A stretch of DNA of 64,000 nucleotides, taken from positions 960,001 through 1,024,000 of the forward strand of contig CAWHBU010000003.1 in assembly GCA_963827685.1 (NCBI GenBank), written 5' to 3'. Under the pieces are notes generated by a model. That model did no database searches, was not told the DNA's origin, and saw nothing but the letters and a program-made list of their open reading frames with translations. Every line of letters begins with the position of its first letter. The first letter of the stretch is position 1. Origin of the DNA: an uncultured delta proteobacterium. GTDB lineage: Bacteria > Desulfobacterota > BSN033 > UBA1163. Shown here piece after piece: positions 1 to 9,583 of the stretch. The position numbers were made by a program, and so were the translations under genes.

Positions 1-349
1 AATAGAGCTTCTTCCCGATGAAAAAAGTGAGCAGCACGGTCAAGGTCCCGAAGAGGGCAGAAGGGAACCTCACTGAAAATGGGGAGAACCCTTGCCAGAG
101 GGAGGATGAAACGGCAATGGCCCAGAAAAAGAGAGGGGGCTTATCGGTGTAGAGATGCCCGTTGTGATGCATGAGGATCCAATCTCCCCGATTGACCATC
201 TCTCTTGAAACATCAGCGTAACGGGGCTCATCAGGGCTCCAGAGATCCCATTGACCCAGGTTGACAAAATAAACGACAAAGCAGAGTCCCAGGAGAAGGG
301 CGACCTGGCCCCATGGCTGAGGGGCAATTTTTGAAAATCGTTGATCCAT
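1..349 (-). CDS. ArnT/GT39-family glycosyltransferase, N-terminal part (runs off window start)
   Basis: Not in ORF track. Manual translation from ATG 349: MDQRFSK...NLGQWDLWSPDEPRYADVSREM...DKPPLFFW...RFPSALFG, collinear with the paralogues at 5752 and 11458. Confidence 0.9.
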   Translation of the reverse strand, partial: MDQRFSKIAPQPWGQVALLLGLCFVVYFVNLGQWDLWSPDEPRYADVSREMVNRGDWILMHHNGHLYTDKPPLFFWAIAVSSSLWQGFSPFSVRFPSALFGTLTVLLTFFIGKKLY

Positions 350-354
350 TCTAT

Positions 355-1983
355 TTATCCCAAACTTTCCGTGACCACCCCCTGGTGGGAAACGTAGACC
401 AACCCTCTTCGACAACTTTCATCTATCAATCCTTGGAGAAAAGACTTCTCGTCCTTTATGATGGGATTGAGACGGAGGTATTCTCGAAAAAATCTGAAGC
501 GATCCACCTTTGTCATGACGTTAGGGGTGGAGGTGTTGAGCTGGAGAAAATTCCTAAACAACTTTTTTTGATTCACCTTCTCACCCATTCTGATGTCCTC
601 AAAATCGAGGAGATGAAAATCCCATGTCTCCCCTTTTTCTGAGACAAGGATATTACACGTTTTCATATCCTTATGGTATACATTCATTTTATGAAGGCCG
701 TCAAGCCAGCGGGCAAAGGTCTTAACAAAAAACCTCTTTCTATTTAACCCTTCAAACCCTTCCAAAATATATCGATCCATCTCCTGATCTTCTGCCGGAG
801 CCTCCATAAATAGAAAACTCTCCCTCAATCCGATCCAGTCTTTCTTCTCCACCAAAGCAAGGGGCTTAAGAGACGGAACACCTCTCGCTCGCATGCCATT
901 GGCCGCTATCCACGCCTTGAGCCCTTTTGAACGACGGAAATGTTCCTTCACCCGCCCCCAGAAATGAGGGTAACAGAACTGTTTTATACCTATCCTTTCT
1001 CCTCCGTTATTCAAAATAGAAACGATCACCTCTGGGGAATATTTTACCAGCGAAGAAGATCTCTCTCTCACCAGTGCCCGGTGTTCTTCCATCACTCTTT
1101 TCAAACGATCCAAGGGGAAATCCCTTCGATGGAAATAACAGATCCCCTTCTCCTTTTGAACTCTGAATTCGGTGCTTTCCTTCAGACACCGTTTCGTTCT
1201 GCTTCGCCATTGCCTTTTTCGAAGACGGTCCATCGTGGGATAAATCCTCTGAAATAAAATCTCTCTTTTCTTAGACCCATCGGACATCCCCTCGAAATAT
1301 CGATCCAGGAATTGGAGTTGTTCTCTTTCTCCCCACGTCGTTCTTAAAGAATGGAAGAGGTGTGCAAAATTCCATAACCTCCGATTCAGGGAGAGGAACT
1401 CCACGATCTTGGTGCGATGTAAATCCGTGAGAAATAAAAAGTCGCCATCCCATAAAAAGTTTCCCCCGTGAAGATCGCGATGGAATAATCCTGCATCTTG
1501 AAACTTCCTCACGGTCATCGCTAATTCAATAATCGAATGAGGCTCTTTTGATTTCGCGACCTCGTCGATGAATGAAACCCCTGTTCCAATTGCCTCTGAG
1601 AGGTAATAGCTTTCCCTGACCAAACCTCTCCGGACCCTCTCCATCCAGCCCAAGGGTTTAGGGATGTTGAGGTTTCTCCTCTCTAACTGGGAGGCGATGA
1701 AAAATTCTTTCTGCCCCTTGGCGGGGGAAAAAAGATATTTTAGATATTCCATCCAGCCCTTTGCCTTATCCCTTTTTAAAAAAATCCTCATACCATTCGG
1801 AAGACAGAAAATAACCGCCCACCTCCAGGTCGATTCCTTGATTACCTTCCCTCCCATTTCCCGAATAGAAGAGATGGGGTTGTCAAAAAAAGCGACGGGA
1901 AGACTATCCAACACCTCCCCTCTCACCCAACCCTTCATCTCACCTTTAGATATTCTTTTAAGAATCGGAGTCTCCATTTTCAA
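355..1983 (-). CDS. LPS kinase (Kdo/WaaP/InaA family) with two kinase domains
   Basis: Two catalytic loops, HRDLHGGN...TDL and HKDMKTCN...LDFE; LPS gene context. Confidence 0.8.
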   Translation of the reverse strand: MKMETPILKRISKGEMKGWVRGEVLDSLPVAFFDNPISSIREMGGKVIKESTWRWAVIFCLPNGMRIFLKRDKAKGWMEYLKYLFSPAKGQKEFFIASQLERRNLNIPKPLGWMERVRRGLVRESYYLSEAIGTGVSFIDEVAKSKEPHSIIELAMTVRKFQDAGLFHRDLHGGNFLWDGDFLFLTDLHRTKIVEFLSLNRRLWNFAHLFHSLRTTWGEREQLQFLDRYFEGMSDGSKKREILFQRIYPTMDRLRKRQWRSRTKRCLKESTEFRVQKEKGICYFHRRDFPLDRLKRVMEEHRALVRERSSSLVKYSPEVIVSILNNGGERIGIKQFCYPHFWGRVKEHFRRSKGLKAWIAANGMRARGVPSLKPLALVEKKDWIGLRESFLFMEAPAEDQEMDRYILEGFEGLNRKRFFVKTFARWLDGLHKMNVYHKDMKTCNILVSEKGETWDFHLLDFEDIRMGEKVNQKKLFRNFLQLNTSTPNVMTKVDRFRFFREYLRLNPIIKDEKSFLQGLIDESCRRGLVYVSHQGVVTESLG

Positions 1984-2027
1984 ACAGGTACAAGCTACTC
2001 AATGTTGCTTAGAAAATAAACCGATTG

Positions 2028-2116
2028 CCCCCTCTCCCCTGGCGGGAGAGGGCGGGGGTGAGGGGGATCATACCAGGTCCACCCCCACCTTAATCCTCCC
2101 CCATCAAGGGGGAGGA
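2028..2116. repeat. REP-like palindromic doublet (CCCTCTCCC...GGGAGAGGG type)
   Basis: ccctctccc-ctggc-gggagaggg plus a second hairpin cctccccc-atca-agggggagg; related copies at 5671 and 35946. Confidence 0.8.
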
Positions 2117-2129
2117 TAATACTTGGCAG

Positions 2130-2174
2130 TTTTCATGGTTCGAGGGTGACGAACCCATCATGAGAGATTGCCTT
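2130..2174. repeat. 45-bp dispersed palindromic repeat, copy 1
   Basis: Reverse complement matches 36935-36979 with about 4 mismatches. Confidence 0.85.
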
Positions 2175-3337
2175 CACTTCCGCTTTCCCATCTTGATCAT
2201 CTTCTGATAAAATCCTTCAACGGCCTCCACCTGTCGATCCAACTGGAAATCCTGATGGGCCTTCTGATAAGCCGCCTTTCCCAAGGCCTCTCTCATTGCT
2301 GGATCATGAAGCAGTCGAAGAGCCGCATGGGCCAAGTCTTCCGGGGTATCGTTCACCACCAGACCCGAAATGCCGTCTTCCACCAACTCTGGGAGCATCC
2401 CCCGGTTGGCCACGATGACCGGTTTGCTCATGGCCATGGCCTCTCTCAAGGCTCTGGCTGTTCCATCAGAACCTGCCATTAAGAAGACGAAGATATCCAT
2501 GCAGGCTAAGGTGTCGAGGTAGTCATTTGTCCGATACCCTGCAAGAACGACCCACTTTTCAACGCCGAGCTGTTTCATGGGTTGGATGACGCTCTGCTCC
2601 ATCTGACTTGACCGGCCAACCAAGAGAACCTTTGCGTTTGGAAATTCTCCGGCAATCTTTTTCACCGCCTCCAAAAAGATTGCCGTCCTTCTGTATTTTT
2701 GAAATCGGGCGATCATCCCGATCACGATATCCTCCGATCCGATTCCAAAAAGAGTCCTCATCTCCTTAAATTTCCTCTTTGGGTCATACCGATTGAGATC
2801 CAGGGCCGGCGAGATCTTCTGGACCCTCTCAAGAGGGAGCCCGAAATGTTCTGCGTCCTCTCTTCGCGCTCTTTCAGAAAAAGTGATCATGCCGTCCGTG
2901 AACTGAGAGATGAGAAAGCGATTCCCCAAACTGGGCTTCAAAGGGTCTCGCTTATGGTCCGTGCGAATGACGATGACAGGATGGCCTGACCTCCTCGCAG
3001 CAATTCCGCCTAAGAGATGGCCATGGGAGTGGTGGACATTGAGAATATCGAACTTTTCCTGACGAAGATAGTGGGTGAGGTCTGAAATGTCACGCAGATG
3101 CGTCGGCAGAAAAGAGGGATGATAAACCTTCACCGAATGGTCCAGTTGAAATCGATCCGTGGCTTTCACTCCTGCCTGGAGAACCCTTTTCTCAATACTA
3201 TCCTCGACCGGAAGAGGGGGTTTCCGATAGGCAAAAGTGACCTCATGCCCCCGCTTTTCCAATCCCTTACAGAGGTTCACGGTCGGATCAGCAGGGCCTG
3301 TCCACTTCCAGTTGCTGAAAAGATGGAGGATCTTCAT
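2174..3337 (-). CDS. GT4 (GT-B) glycosyltransferase
   Basis: MKILHL...GHEV N-terminus; LREAMAMSKPVIV and ELVEDGISG motifs. Confidence 0.9.
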   Translation of the reverse strand: MKILHLFSNWKWTGPADPTVNLCKGLEKRGHEVTFAYRKPPLPVEDSIEKRVLQAGVKATDRFQLDHSVKVYHPSFLPTHLRDISDLTHYLRQEKFDILNVHHSHGHLLGGIAARRSGHPVIVIRTDHKRDPLKPSLGNRFLISQFTDGMITFSERARREDAEHFGLPLERVQKISPALDLNRYDPKRKFKEMRTLFGIGSEDIVIGMIARFQKYRRTAIFLEAVKKIAGEFPNAKVLLVGRSSQMEQSVIQPMKQLGVEKWVVLAGYRTNDYLDTLACMDIFVFLMAGSDGTARALREAMAMSKPVIVANRGMLPELVEDGISGLVVNDTPEDLAHAALRLLHDPAMREALGKAAYQKAHQDFQLDRQVEAVEGFYQKMIKMGKRK

Positions 3338-3383
3338 TCGATTTACAGCCCACCCAAGTATTCACGTTGTCGAAAGCCTGGGG

Positions 3384-4601
3384 CTAAAGGAAGAAGTTAT
3401 CATTTTCAACTTTCTCGAGGTCATGGACGTCTTCTTTGGAATGGATGAACTCTTCCAACCACCAGTCGGTGCGATTATAAAAACATCCGACATCCTTGCA
3501 TTCCTTTTCGGCGTCAAAGGTCCTGATCGATTGGGCTGCCCTTTTGAGACTTTCTTTGAATTTTGTTTCCGAGAGGTATCCATCCGGCTCTCCGATTCTG
3601 GCTTCTTCCACGCCTCGAAACGCCGGACAGTGAAAGATTCCGAACGGCGTCACCACGGTTCTGAAAAATTGCATGTGGCATCTCTTGGGCTGTCTCTTGA
3701 TTTGGTCGGTTTCCCGATTCAACATGGCCCTCAGGTTGGAGCTTTCAAGAATCTTGACTTGATCCCCTGCAACATGCCTTGCTTCTTGAAGATGGATTTT
3801 GATTTGATCGATAATCTCTTCTTCTTTCGTTTTCCCAACGTTTTTCAGCAACGTCTCTCTCTGCGACTCATTCCATCGGACCAGACAGGGTTTAAATGAA
3901 ACATAATCAAACGAGAACTCCCTGGCCAATTCCACCGATCTTGTCATCTCATCCAGATTAGCACGGAGTCTCTTTCCGTTAATCTCCACGCCTTCCCAGA
4001 CGATCACAAACGAATATCCCAGCGAAACAACGGGATTCTTTTTCTTCATCCTTTTTGCTTTTTCCAATATCCGACCCAGCGTCACCTGCGTTTTGGGCAG
4101 GTGCAACGCTTGAAAGACCCCTTCCCCTGCCGCGTCAATCGAAATCCTGATCCAATCTTTCTCTTTGAGTTCTCCGACGACCGCTTCAATCTTTTCAAGT
4201 CTCGAACCGTTGGTCACGATTCCAATCTGCAATCTTTTGCTTTTGATATAACGGACGATCTCTCCAAAATCTTTATGAAGCGTGGGCTCTCCCCCTCCGA
4301 TCAAGATGACCGAGAGCAAACCATGCGAATGGAGTGTGTGGATTGTCTTCTTAACTTCCTCCAGGGTCAGGGTTTTTCCGGCATTGATCAGCTTCGAATC
4401 GACACAAAAAGGGCATGAGAAATTGCAGGCAGAGGTCAGATCTAAATTGATGGAGATCGGGCTGAAAATCGGTAGTCCTTGGTCCCGCGTATCGACGCCG
4501 CACCCTCTCCGCCATTGAATATAGTCTTTCAGCCTTTGAAGCGTGGCATCCTGTCTCAATTTGGAGCTAAAGTCATGCTCTCTTTCTACGAGCTTTTCCA
4601 T
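3384..4601 (-). CDS. Radical SAM protein with C-terminal SPASM/twitch-like cysteines
   Basis: CNFSCPFC motif, GGGEPTLH, VTNG, C-terminal Cys (RCH, HCP, ECKDVGC). Confidence 0.9.
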   Translation of the reverse strand: MEKLVEREHDFSSKLRQDATLQRLKDYIQWRRGCGVDTRDQGLPIFSPISINLDLTSACNFSCPFCVDSKLINAGKTLTLEEVKKTIHTLHSHGLLSVILIGGGEPTLHKDFGEIVRYIKSKRLQIGIVTNGSRLEKIEAVVGELKEKDWIRISIDAAGEGVFQALHLPKTQVTLGRILEKAKRMKKKNPVVSLGYSFVIVWEGVEINGKRLRANLDEMTRSVELAREFSFDYVSFKPCLVRWNESQRETLLKNVGKTKEEEIIDQIKIHLQEARHVAGDQVKILESSNLRAMLNRETDQIKRQPKRCHMQFFRTVVTPFGIFHCPAFRGVEEARIGEPDGYLSETKFKESLKRAAQSIRTFDAEKECKDVGCFYNRTDWWLEEFIHSKEDVHDLEKVENDNFFL

Positions 4602-5548
4602 GATGCTCTCTTTTCAAATTCACTAAAGCCGTCATCAATCTCTTTCAGCAGGGACATATTATGGAGAATATGGGGAGCCCCGATGAAGGGCTCGGTCTTC
4701 TTTTCAAGGGCTCCCATAAAATTTTTGACGGAGAGTTCAAGGGGGTCGACAATCCTCAATTTTTTATTCCCGTAATGAAAATAGATTTCATAATTTTTTG
4801 GATCCAGGCTTCGAGAAACAATCTTGTCATTAAATCCATAAGAAAACTCACGGGGTTGAGTCTTTTGGTGTACTAACCTTATTAACACATCACAGGCGCG
4901 GGTTCCAAACAGATAGATAAATCGGATGCGCATCTCGTCTTCCCCCTCCGATTCAAAACTCAAATTTTGTATCTCTCCGGAACCCAATCGGCAATAGAGG
5001 ATACTTAAAGGATGAGGAACGGATTCGGGAATCATCACTCTCCCGGGAGAAAAAGGCGACATCCGCATAGAAAAATGGTTGGTTTCCTGAATCCTGATCT
5101 TTCCGCAGATTTCCTCATAATCGTCGATGGAGAAAGGCCATTGAGAATTCATGGCAATCGTTAGTCTTCTTTCTCGGGCCTTCACAAAAATATCTTCAGC
5201 CTTTTTTTGAATATCCGTGTGATCGCCCCAGAGGAAGGGCTTTTCGCAGAAAATATGGAGTCCCGAGTCCAAACTTTTTAACAGATATTCATAATGGGTT
5301 GAAGAAGGGGAAGCAATCACCACTGCATCAGGCTTTTCGCCTCTCACCATTTCATCGAAGGTGGTATAGGGATGGGCTTCTATCCCATATTTCCGAAGAG
5401 CAGAAGAGGCCTGGAGGCTTGTTTTTTCCGTCGTCCCCAGCACAGAGGTTACCCTCGCTCCATGCTTATGGAAATACTTTCCTATGTACCCGCCGATACC
5501 ATTTCTCGTTCTCCCCGCACCGACAAGGGATACGTTCAATCGAATCAA
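4586..5548 (-). CDS. Gfo/Idh/MocA-family oxidoreductase
   Basis: N-terminal Rossmann fold, DAVVIASP..TH, HIFCEKP. Confidence 0.85.
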   Translation of the reverse strand: MIRLNVSLVGAGRTRNGIGGYIGKYFHKHGARVTSVLGTTEKTSLQASSALRKYGIEAHPYTTFDEMVRGEKPDAVVIASPSSTHYEYLLKSLDSGLHIFCEKPFLWGDHTDIQKKAEDIFVKARERRLTIAMNSQWPFSIDDYEEICGKIRIQETNHFSMRMSPFSPGRVMIPESVPHPLSILYCRLGSGEIQNLSFESEGEDEMRIRFIYLFGTRACDVLIRLVHQKTQPREFSYGFNDKIVSRSLDPKNYEIYFHYGNKKLRIVDPLELSVKNFMGALEKKTEPFIGAPHILHNMSLLKEIDDGFSEFEKRASWKSS

Positions 5549-5670
5549 AGGCCCTCACACCTCCTGTGTTCAGCCAAAAATTATTCGTATTTTAACACAG
5601 TTAATGCTGCGGGTAAAATATCATTGGCGGGACGTAAGCATCTTTTTCCCCCGTGACAACCATGAAACGG

Positions 5671-5732
5671 CCCCCTCCCCTCTCCCCTTGCCTGCCTGCC
5701 GGTAGGCAGGGGGAGAAGGATAGGGTGAGGGG
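5671..5732. repeat. REP-like hairpin with nested CCTGCCTGCCGGTAGGCAGG insertion
   Basis: Same backbone as the 2028 repeat, interrupted at 5691-5710. Confidence 0.75.
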
Positions 5733-5751
5733 TAGATTGTTCTCTATAACG

Positions 5752-7389
5752 TTACCGATTGGAAATCAAAACCACATCATCTTTTCTCACTCGGCGCCGT
5801 GCGATCAATTGGACCTTCGGTTCCCCTCCCCTGCCGAACAATTGAGAAAAATCACTGAATTGGAGAAGGCAGAATACTCTTTCTGAGGATCTCATAAAAT
5901 CAAGAAGAGCCTCTCTATTGTAAAATGTCATAATGGGCACGACCCCCGTAAAATAATTATAAGGATCATTTCCAATCCCCCCATAAATCGCTAATTTGTC
6001 ACCCGGTTGAATGCGCGATGTAATTTCTTCAGAAAGGAAACGAGCCGACATCTGCGGATTGGCAAGAGGGAAAATAACCCTAAACGTGTAAAAATATCCT
6101 GCCACCATCATTCCAATGAGGAGGAACAGGATCGCTCTATAATTCTTTAAGCGGCAGAAGACCAACATGGCCAGGCTGCACCCGACTAAGAGGAGAGCGA
6201 TAGGAAAACTATAAACCAGGTAAGGGGACAATTTTATTGAGACCACCCATGGAGCAGCAGCCCCCGCTATCAAACCAAACCCAATCAATCCATAGAGAGG
6301 AGCGAAAATCCATCCGCGCTTAAACTGATCCAATGGGCCCGAGATGAAATCACTCCAGAACTTCCCGACCATGAGCGAAGCAGCCGGATAAAGAGGTAAG
6401 AGGTAAAGGGCCCTTTTTGATTTGGATAGGGAAAAAAATGCGAAGATGACGAGACACCATACTGAAAGAAAAAGGAACCCTCTTCTCTTTCCGATCATCG
6501 TTTTGGAACAGCCGTAAACAATAGCCGCGGGCAAAAAGAGGGTCCAGGGCATAAAGCTCATTGGGAAACTATAGAGATAGTAATAGATAGGGCTGGGATG
6601 AGTCCATCCTGTCGAATAAGCCTCGGTAGTATGCTTAAAAAGATTTTCCTCGAGGTAGGCCTTCCCACCCAGAGATACGGCGGGAAGATACCACGCCAGG
6701 ACAATGGCGAGAAATAAAGAAATTCCAGGAAGCAGTTTCATCCGTTTCATTTCTCTATAATCTTTTTGAATTAAAAGATAGAGGAAGCTTGCCAAAAGCG
6801 GCAGGACCAATCCAATCGGCCCTTTGGCTAAGGTGGCCAAGGCCATGCTGACATAAAATCCAAAAATGAAAAGGTTCCGGATACTCCGCTTGTGATGGAT
6901 TCCCTCCTCCTTACCCTCTTGATACCAGAGAAAGAAACAGAGAAACGAAGCGGTGGTGAAAAAGGCCAGCGTGACATCAATATTGGCACGATTGGAGAGG
7001 TAGACGAAATGAAGGCTTGTCGCCAGGATGAGGCCGGAGAAGAATCCCGTTCGGGATGAATAAAGTCTTTCACCCAGGAAGAAAGTGAGGAGAACGGTGA
7101 GTGTCCCGAACAGGGCTGAGGGAAATCTCACGGAAAAGGCAGTGAAGCCTCGCCATAAATAGGAGGAAAGAGCAATCAGCCAGAAAAAGAGGGGAGGCTT
7201 GTCTCCATAGACGCCTCCGTTAAAATGCATGAGAATCCAATCGCCCCGGTCTACCATCTCCCTGGCGATTTGTGCATAACGGGGCTCATCCGGATTCCAG
7301 AGATCCCATCGGCCCAGATTAAAAAAGTAAAGGATGAAACAGATCCCGATCAGAAAAGTAATTTGAACCCATTTGGGAGGATGATTGAT
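5752..7389 (-). CDS. ArnT/GT39-family glycosyltransferase (start non-canonical or lost)
   Basis: Frame is open upstream of ATG 7257 through the conserved NLGRWDLWNPDEPRY to ATC 7389; DKPPLFFW, LAKGPIG, YLLPLYPAA motifs. Confidence 0.85.
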   Translation of the reverse strand: MNHPPKWVQITFLIGICFILYFFNLGRWDLWNPDEPRYAQIAREMVDRGDWILMHFNGGVYGDKPPLFFWLIALSSYLWRGFTAFSVRFPSALFGTLTVLLTFFLGERLYSSRTGFFSGLILATSLHFVYLSNRANIDVTLAFFTTASFLCFFLWYQEGKEEGIHHKRSIRNLFIFGFYVSMALATLAKGPIGLVLPLLASFLYLLIQKDYREMKRMKLLPGISLFLAIVLAWYLPAVSLGGKAYLEENLFKHTTEAYSTGWTHPSPIYYYLYSFPMSFMPWTLFLPAAIVYGCSKTMIGKRRGFLFLSVWCLVIFAFFSLSKSKRALYLLPLYPAASLMVGKFWSDFISGPLDQFKRGWIFAPLYGLIGFGLIAGAAAPWVVSIKLSPYLVYSFPIALLLVGCSLAMLVFCRLKNYRAILFLLIGMMVAGYFYTFRVIFPLANPQMSARFLSEEITSRIQPGDKLAIYGGIGNDPYNYFTGVVPIMTFYNREALLDFMRSSERVFCLLQFSDFSQLFGRGGEPKVQLIARRRVRKDDVVLISNR

Positions 7390-7593
7390 GCAGGATGGGT
7401 GTCTCGTGGGATGAAGATCCTTTCTTTATTTTAAGTAACCAATGCCTGACAATCCGATTCGAATCCAGCGCAATATCTTCCTTTTCAATGGTTCGAGTGA
7501 GAAGTTTCCGGATCGGTTTTTTTCTCATTATAAATCAAGGTTAGGGTCCGAAGGCAGACAGTAGGGTTGACAAGAATTGAAAGACATTTCATC

Positions 7594-8331
7594 TCAGATC
7601 CTTTCCTCGATTTCATAATGGATATGGCGACTCTTCATCCACTTCACCGCCAGGAGATCGATGAAGGCACGCCACATCCGATTCCAGGTGGTATATTTCG
7701 AAACCCCAAACTTCCTGGGGTGGTGGGCAATGGGTATTTCAATCACCCGGTAACCCTCCATCTTCACCAGGGTGGGGATGAAGCGGTGCATCCCTTTGTA
7801 AAGTTTTAGATTCTGGAGACATTCCCTCTTATAAGCTCGGAAGGTACAACCGCTGTCCTGAATCTCCTCTCCGCTCAAGCTGTTCCTGACTCTATTGGCG
7901 ATCCTTGATGTGATCCGCTTGACCCAAGAATCTTCTCGCTTCTGACGCCATCCACTGACCACGTCATAATCTTTTAGATATTCCAACATCCTTGGGATAT
8001 CCTTGGGGTCATTCTGAAGATCAGCATCGATGGTGATGACAATTTCTCCTCGCGCCTCTTTGAGCCCCGCGGCACCTGCGGCCGTCTCCCCGCAGTTCTT
8101 CTTAAATCCAAGGATTCGTATTTGAGGATATTGGGGAGCCATCTCTTTTAGGAGACGACGGCTATGATCTTTACTGCCGTCATCGACGAAGATCATCTCA
8201 TAGGTTTTCCCTAAGGGTCTCAGTACCTCTGCAATCTGAGGAATCAAAACCGGAAGGTTCTCCTCTTCATTGTAGACCGGCACGACCACAGAAATATCAA
8301 CCTTAGGATTCTCTCTCAAAAGACGATCCAT
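7594..8331 (-). CDS. GT2 polyprenyl-phosphate glycosyltransferase (ArnC/DPM-synthase-like)
   Basis: SVVVPVYNEE, VDDGSKD, IDADLQNDP, HRFIP, R.FGVSKY. Confidence 0.9.
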   Translation of the reverse strand: MDRLLRENPKVDISVVVPVYNEEENLPVLIPQIAEVLRPLGKTYEMIFVDDGSKDHSRRLLKEMAPQYPQIRILGFKKNCGETAAGAAGLKEARGEIVITIDADLQNDPKDIPRMLEYLKDYDVVSGWRQKREDSWVKRITSRIANRVRNSLSGEEIQDSGCTFRAYKRECLQNLKLYKGMHRFIPTLVKMEGYRVIEIPIAHHPRKFGVSKYTTWNRMWRAFIDLLAVKWMKSRHIHYEIEERI

Positions 8332-8340
8332 ATTCCACCC

Positions 8341-9456
8341 TCAATTTTTTTGATGAAAGAACTCCCTGATGCTGGCACACACGAAATCCACCTTCTCCTT
8401 TTCAAGCTCTGGGTAGATGGGCAGGGAGAGTATCTTTTGCACAACCTCTTCTGTCACCTTCAGTTTGGGCTGTTGACCGAGAGCATTCCGAACGGCCGGT
8501 TGTTGATGGTTGGGAATAGGATAATGAATCCCTGATTGAACCCCCCTCTCTTTTAAGAAATCAGCCAGCTTCTCCCGCTGGGGAGTTTGGATGACATAAA
8601 GATGATAGACCGCTTCGGCCCAATCCTTTGCTCGAGGGGTCACCACACGAATTCCCTTTAATCCTTCATGATACCATTCGGCAATGCGCCTTCTTGACTC
8701 ATTAAACCAGTCCAACCTTCGAAGTTGTAAGCGACCCACCGCTCCTTGGATTTCATTGAATCTCAAATTATATCCCACCAGTTCATGCTCATATTTCTCT
8801 TTTCGACCGTGATCTCTCAGCATCCGACAGGTCTTGGCCATCTCATCATCCGAGGTAACAAGAATTCCACCGTCCCCAAAAACAGTCAAATTCTTCGAAG
8901 GATAGAAGGAAAAACAACCGCCAATTCCCATTGATCCTACTCTTGCTCCTTGATATCTGGCCCCATGAGCTTGGCAGCAATCCTCTAAAATGAAAAGCCC
9001 ATAACGCTTTGCCAAATCACGAAGGGAATCCATATGGGCAGGGTGACCGTAAAGATGTACGGGGATCATCCCTTTAATCTCCTTGACCCCCGATATCCGG
9101 CTCTTATTTCTTAAAACCGATTCGATATGTTTGGGATCTACTGTAAAGGTATCATCGATATCGATGAAAATCGGTCTGGCTCCAACATGAAATATGGGTT
9201 CAATGGTTGGAAAAGCCGTGAGCGAAGGAACCAGGATACCATCGCCCTCCTTAACCCCCAAGGCCTTGAGGCACAAAAAAATGGCAGAGGTCCCTGAGGA
9301 GGTGAGGACAGCGTGCTTCACCCCGACGAATTGGGCAAACTCTTTTTCAAAATCTTTACATTGGTTCCCCAGAATATATTGTCCGGAATCAATCACCTCT
9401 AAGACACGATCTTTCATTTCCTTATCCACGTAGGGTTTAGATAGAGGCACCTTCAT
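8341..9456 (-). CDS. DegT/DnrJ/EryC1/StrS PLP aminotransferase
   Basis: PVHLYGH, EDCCQAHG, FSFYPSKNL (PLP Lys), GYNLR. Confidence 0.95.
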   Translation of the reverse strand: MKVPLSKPYVDKEMKDRVLEVIDSGQYILGNQCKDFEKEFAQFVGVKHAVLTSSGTSAIFLCLKALGVKEGDGILVPSLTAFPTIEPIFHVGARPIFIDIDDTFTVDPKHIESVLRNKSRISGVKEIKGMIPVHLYGHPAHMDSLRDLAKRYGLFILEDCCQAHGARYQGARVGSMGIGGCFSFYPSKNLTVFGDGGILVTSDDEMAKTCRMLRDHGRKEKYEHELVGYNLRFNEIQGAVGRLQLRRLDWFNESRRRIAEWYHEGLKGIRVVTPRAKDWAEAVYHLYVIQTPQREKLADFLKERGVQSGIHYPIPNHQQPAVRNALGQQPKLKVTEEVVQKILSLPIYPELEKEKVDFVCASIREFFHQKN

Positions 9457-9473
9457 CTTAACTCCTTTCCCTG

Positions 9474-9583
9474 AATGGGAAGCTGCCCGCCCACAGGGCG
9501 GGGCTTCCCGGCACTGTAATGTCGTTCATATTGTGCCCCTCAACCCCCCTACAAGGCGGGGCTTGCGGGGCACGGTCCGGTCA
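9474..9583. mobile_element. Short non-autonomous element with IS200/IS605-like hairpins (PATE/MITE-like)
   Basis: Hairpins cccgccc-aca-gggcggg(gctt) and a second ...aggcggggcttg; its end appears to overlap the TGA of the upstream gene. Confidence 0.55.

Noticed and set aside
7319-7528. 69-aa ORF as a real gene or frameshifted ArnT N-terminus
   Set aside because: No resemblance to the paralogue N-termini and it overlaps the extended ArnT frame
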